From an uncultured virus (IMG/VR IMGVR_UViG_3300047320_000091) (lineage: Duplodnaviria; Heunggongvirae; Uroviricota; Caudoviricetes), in the IMG/VR virus record IMGVR_UViG_3300047320_000091: a stretch of 59,488 bases of DNA. The stretch is one strand, 5' to 3'. Below the pieces are notes generated by a model. It ran no database searches. It saw nothing but the letters and a program-made list of their open reading frames with translations, and was not told the origin of the DNA. This document shows positions 55,733-59,488 of the stretch, in pieces; position 1 is the stretch's first letter; each line of letters starts with the position of its first letter. The position numbers were made by a program, and so were the translations under genes.

Positions 55733-55876
55733 GCCTGGGCTCCCGGGATCTGGCTCAGCAGCCACCCGATCTGGGCCTTCTGCTGCGCGATGATCGCCCG
55801 TTGCTTCCGGTTCTCCATGAGTTGCGCGTTGTTGTGCTCCAGCAGCTCGGTGATGCGGTCGTTCAATCTCTTCTGT

Positions 55877-56317
55877 TCAGCGTCGGTCATCGTCGGTCTC
55901 GGCCTCGGGCTTGTAGTTGAGATAGGCTTTGCGGATGGCTCGGTACTGCTTGTCGGTGAGACGTTGCCGTTTGAGCCAGTGGGCGTGGACGCTCAGGACG
56001 AAGCTGCGGAAATTGCTCTCGGGAGAGACTTCCTTCAGCAGGGTCTCGAACATCGCGTTGATCAGGTCGGTCTTCGGATCGGATGCCGGCTTCGGGTCAG
56101 GCTTCCGATGCTGTTGTTGCTGCGGCTGCGGCTCAGGCCGTGGCGGCGGCTCCGGTCTTCTCGCGAAAGGCGTGAGCAGGATGTCCTGCCAGTTCTTCTG
56201 AGAGGCCCCGAGCACAGCGTTGGCCTTGCGCATCGCGACTAAGGCTTCGTTGTCGTTGGATGACGTCGTCATCATCATCAACTTCACGAGCCGCGTGACA
56301 TCGAAATGCTGGGTCAT
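55877..56317 (-). CDS. Hypothetical protein with DUF2786-like N-terminus
   Basis: L.KL...TTS..D.EAL.A.RKAN; Pro/Gln linker; LTDKQ motif. Confidence 0.6.
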   Translation of the reverse strand: MTQHFDVTRLVKLMMMTTSSNDNEALVAMRKANAVLGASQKNWQDILLTPFARRPEPPPRPEPQPQQQQHRKPDPKPASDPKTDLINAMFETLLKEVSPESNFRSFVLSVHAHWLKRQRLTDKQYRAIRKAYLNYKPEAETDDDRR

Positions 56318-56369
56318 GTTCGGTCGTGACGCGCCCCAGACAGGAACATCGGGGGCGCGTCGGGGTCCG

Positions 56370-57251
56370 TTACTTCGGCTGGACCAGCTTCTCGATGTCG
56401 GGCTTGGCGTTGGCGAAGCCGTCGACGATCTTCTCGAAGTCGCTGGTGTGGGCTGCGACCCAGTCACGGTTGGCGACGAACACGGCATCAACCTGGATGG
56501 TGGCTACCGACTTGGAGCCGAACATGCCGGAGGGCTGGATGCCCTTGTACGTGCCGGCCGGGATCTCACCGTAGGTGTAGACCGGGTTGTTGCGGGCATC
56601 CTTGGCGTTCTTCGTCATGTCGCGGTCGTCGGTCTCGACCAGCACCAGGCCGCTCGCATACTTCGGGGCTTCGTTCTTGAGCATCGAGGCATTGAGCGCG
56701 GTGATGATGAGAGCGCACTGCACTTCCGAACCGTCGTTGACGGCGCTGAGCGCGAGGGTGCCGGTCAGGTCGGACGTGCGGACCTTGCCGTAGCGAGCCT
56801 TGTCGGCGGCAACGAAGGCGGCCCAGGTGGTGTTGGCGCCAGAGCCATCGGGGCCGATCGCGACCGTGAAGTTGGAGTTCAGGTCGACCATGCGGGACGA
56901 CGTGTAGGCTTTGCGGTTGCAGAGCAGGTTCGCCTGCTCCTGGTAGAGCACGCCGGCACGCTGCAGGGCCGAGATGGCCTTCGCGTTGCGTTGCGCGTAG
57001 ACGAGCAGGGCATCGTTCTGGACGAAGGCGCCGTCGCACTCACCAGCCGTGACCTTGTCGAGGTTGTCCAGCGAGCCCTTGGTCTCGACGACATCGACGT
57101 TGCCGGCGTGGCGCTTCAGGTGCTGGCCGGCGGCGTAGTAGTTCAGCTTGGCATTGCCGGTGCAGAGGCGGAACTTCTCGGCGGCCTGAGCCGAGCTTGC
57201 AGCCGACAGACCGAGGGTCGCGGCAGCGATCAACAAAAACAGCTTCTTCAT
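56370..57251 (-). CDS. TAXI-family TRAP-type solute-binding protein
   Basis: Signal peptide; TG....YY; T.GS..NL...G..D.A.VQ.D; LY.E; G..GSG...T. Confidence 0.8.
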   Translation of the reverse strand: MKKLFLLIAAATLGLSAASSAQAAEKFRLCTGNAKLNYYAAGQHLKRHAGNVDVVETKGSLDNLDKVTAGECDGAFVQNDALLVYAQRNAKAISALQRAGVLYQEQANLLCNRKAYTSSRMVDLNSNFTVAIGPDGSGANTTWAAFVAADKARYGKVRTSDLTGTLALSAVNDGSEVQCALIITALNASMLKNEAPKYASGLVLVETDDRDMTKNAKDARNNPVYTYGEIPAGTYKGIQPSGMFGSKSVATIQVDAVFVANRDWVAAHTSDFEKIVDGFANAKPDIEKLVQPK

Positions 57252-57443
57252 GTGGTCTCCTTTTGCGAGCCCCACTAGGGGGCCCGCTCTCCAAAAAACG
57301 AACGTTTGCTTTTGAACAAACGGTAGATCACCAAAAAGCGCGGAAGAACCCGTACTTCTTGAACTTCGCGAGCTTCCAGCAGACGGACAGGGCGTACCAG
57401 AGGCCGAGCGCGTCGAGGACGTGGTTCAGCAGGAAGATGCCGA

Positions 57444-57854
57444 TCATGCGGTCACCGGGTTGGGGAGACCCGTCTCCGGGTTGTAGGGCTGCTGAGCCGT
57501 GCGGCTCAGGCGGGTGAGATCTTCTCCGTTCATCGCCAATCTCTTCATCTCCTGGACGAGGAAAGTGGCCGCGACGCCGATGTTCGCGAAGTCACCGCCG
57601 TAGCTGCGGAAGCCGCTCCACGTCTGCGGATAGATCTCAGGGGCAGACTCGAAGGCTTCCGTCTCACCGTTGCGACGGTCGAACGTGGCGTCCAGCTGGG
57701 CGACGCCCGCCTGGAACAGCTCGCCATTCGAGACGTCAACGCGCTCGTTGGCAGGGCCCCACATTTCGTTCTGCCGAGCCAGCTCGGCCATGATGAAGCC
57801 GAGGGCGGCGTATTGTGCTTGCTGTGCGTCCAAGTTGATAGCTCCTGTTTGCAT
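57444..57854 (-). CDS. Hypothetical protein
   Basis: E..RQ...WG...GEL..A pattern. Confidence 0.65.
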   Translation of the reverse strand: MQTGAINLDAQQAQYAALGFIMAELARQNEMWGPANERVDVSNGELFQAGVAQLDATFDRRNGETEAFESAPEIYPQTWSGFRSYGGDFANIGVAATFLVQEMKRLAMNGEDLTRLSRTAQQPYNPETGLPNPVTA

Positions 57855-57895
57855 TATCTATTTGCATTCAAGCGAACGAGTCGTCAAGAGGAAAC

Positions 57896-58279
57896 TCAAC
57901 GATTGTCGCCGTCTCCTTGCAGGGTTCCGCGATCGACGCGGCCCCGGAGTTCCTGGATGTTGGCGAGGGCGATCTCGCCGAGGCTCATGCCCATGCCGTG
58001 GGCGAGCGCTGCGAGATACCAGAGGTTTCCGCCCATCTCCTTGACGATGTCAGTCCGGCGCTTTTCGGTCAGCACGCCGCCGTCGTCCCGGAAGACCTTC
58101 TTAACCTTGTTCTGGACTTCGCCGGCCTCGCCGAGGCCCAGCGCCGGGTACCAGAGCTTCATGTCGTCGCCATAGGCGATCGTCTTGATGGACTGCTCCT
58201 GATAGAGGTCGAAGCCGCGGATCAGCTCTTCAGCTCTGATCGGCGCCTTGGTGTCGATGTTGGTGTTAACGATGCTCAC
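57896..58279 (-). CDS. MazG-like nucleotide pyrophosphohydrolase
   Basis: LGL.EAGEV..KVKK..RD; KEMGGNLWY; N..KL-like..R..RG...G.GDNR. Confidence 0.88.
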   Translation of the reverse strand: MSIVNTNIDTKAPIRAEELIRGFDLYQEQSIKTIAYGDDMKLWYPALGLGEAGEVQNKVKKVFRDDGGVLTEKRRTDIVKEMGGNLWYLAALAHGMGMSLGEIALANIQELRGRVDRGTLQGDGDNR

Positions 58280-58605
58280 GTCGTCTCCTTAAAACGCAGT
58301 TCGTCGGCGAGGTCTTGAAACATCCGGACGACATCTCGCTGGTTGCGACCCGACACGTCGTTCCAGTCGAACGGATGCTTTGCGAGCTGACTCTTGATCA
58401 GCTTGACGAAGCGCGCATACGCGCCTCGATCTTCTTTGCCAGCGGCTCGCCGGATGGCTCCCTCGATGTCGAAGGCTCGGGCCTCGTCGCTGAACACGGG
58501 ACAGGGCTTACCAAGCCCATCCCGTGCGCACGTCTTCTGGGTCCACCTTCCGGGCTTCGAGAACAGCGACAGGCACCGCTCCACAATTTCGAGTTCGGTG
58601 AACAT
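58276..58605 (-). CDS. Hypothetical protein (DUF6197-like)
   Basis: WTQ...ARD..G; GAI; WND...R....V...F. Confidence 0.6.
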   Translation of the reverse strand: MFTELEIVERCLSLFSKPGRWTQKTCARDGLGKPCPVFSDEARAFDIEGAIRRAAGKEDRGAYARFVKLIKSQLAKHPFDWNDVSGRNQRDVVRMFQDLADELRFKETT

Positions 58606-58610
58606 GGAAT

Positions 58611-59471
58611 CTAATTATCTCTCAGCTCGGCATTGAGCTGTTTCGCTGCCTCCGGCACCTTGGTTTGCAGATCCGGAGGGAGCAGGCTCAGGAGATTGCT
58701 TGCCTTTTTGTAAAGCATCTTGGACCTGTAGTAGGTTCGGTCAGCCCGCGCCTTCGCTACAACAGCAGCCTTGAAGTTACTCTCAGTTCGATCGTTGTTC
58801 GCATCCTGAGGACTCTCGGCAATGCCTATTTTAACCTGGGTCGCTTCAGTGATTGCGCAGAAAGGAACCTTAACAGACCTGCCGTTATCCAATTGACAGC
58901 TGAAGCTGTCGTCGGAGACGACCAGAGTTGACGAGCGCTCGTTGAGCCCTATCTTCATAAACAGCGCGTCCGTGTCGAAGATCGACTTTGATGCCTCCAC
59001 ACCGTGACCGGCTAACCAAAACTCAACTTCCAACTCGCAATCCGATGGAAATCGGCCTTCGACGATCGACTGCAAAGAGGCTTTTGCCTGCCTTGCCACC
59101 TCCTCGCGTCGTTTATCCCAATCAACCTGATCGTTAACGCTCTCGTTAACGTACCGAACCCACCTTCTTTGGTCGAAGGCGAGAATTTTGACACCATCGC
59201 GCAGGACATCGACAGTCTGTTTTAGGACGTGCTTGAGATAGGATCGCTGAGCCCTATGGGAGTACAGGTCGAAGCACTCGTAGGCGCGATCGAGCTTGGA
59301 TGCGTCGATAAACAGCATGCTATCGGAGTAGTGACCGATCGAACGCATGAGTGAACGACCAGTTACGACCTCCAGTCCACATTGCTTTGCCGTATCGGTC
59401 CTTTCATCGATCGTTCGGCCGAATGCGTTGTGCAGTTCTGCGTTATTGAAATCCCAAACTGACAGCAGCAT
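58611..59471 (-). CDS. Lower-GC hypothetical protein, possibly 5'-truncated by the window edge
   Basis: 286-aa ORF with codon usage unlike its neighbours. Confidence 0.6.
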   Translation of the reverse strand: MLLSVWDFNNAELHNAFGRTIDERTDTAKQCGLEVVTGRSLMRSIGHYSDSMLFIDASKLDRAYECFDLYSHRAQRSYLKHVLKQTVDVLRDGVKILAFDQRRWVRYVNESVNDQVDWDKRREEVARQAKASLQSIVEGRFPSDCELEVEFWLAGHGVEASKSIFDTDALFMKIGLNERSSTLVVSDDSFSCQLDNGRSVKVPFCAITEATQVKIGIAESPQDANNDRTESNFKAAVVAKARADRTYYRSKMLYKKASNLLSLLPPDLQTKVPEAAKQLNAELRDN

Positions 59472-59488
59472 CGTGGCATCGCGATGAA

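Noticed and set aside
1..59488. CRISPR array, diversity-generating retroelement or fibre-switching invertase
   Set aside because: No regularly spaced repeats, no reverse transcriptase or TR/VR pair, and no serine invertase seen

Overview
This window is part of a high-GC temperate tailed phage with a contractile tail (P2-like baseplate and tail genes, Mu-like neck genes). The host is probably a rhizobial alphaproteobacterium such as Bradyrhizobium (inference only). The + strand carries, in order: a partial Ig-domain gene; a ~1.2 kb highly structured non-coding tract with tRNA-Phe and an atypical tRNA-Trp; an accessory collagen-fibre/adhesin module; thioredoxin; terminase genes split by a ParA-like ATPase and tRNA-Cys; portal; an LLM-type oxidoreductase; scaffold; capsid; neck; baseplate; tail fibre; sheath, tube and tape measure; a lysis cassette; and nucleotide-metabolism genes. 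The - strand arm (42.8-59.5 kb) holds many small genes, an MT-A70 methyltransferase, dCMP deaminase, ThyA, MazG, a TAXI-type solute-binding protein, and int/xis next to an intact attP (3' half of tRNA-Val(CAC) plus arm-type repeats), so the sequence looks like the non-integrated form. The best candidate for an undescribed system is a RiPP-like cassette inside the tail-fibre operon (24.4-28.1 kb). It comprises a 78-aa adhesin-cap-like protein ending in NCACACDCACACSK, two small proteins, a GNAT-like protein, a radical SAM/SPASM enzyme and an Asp/Asn-hydroxylase-like oxygenase, suggesting enzymatic tailoring of the virion fibre tip. Other highlights are the large ornate ncRNA candidate, a dispersed and oriented 16-bp TTTGC-N6-GCAAA operator-like motif, and four covarying GGGAY-loop hairpins in the scaffold leader. 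All family assignments come from recognising motifs by eye; no searches were run.
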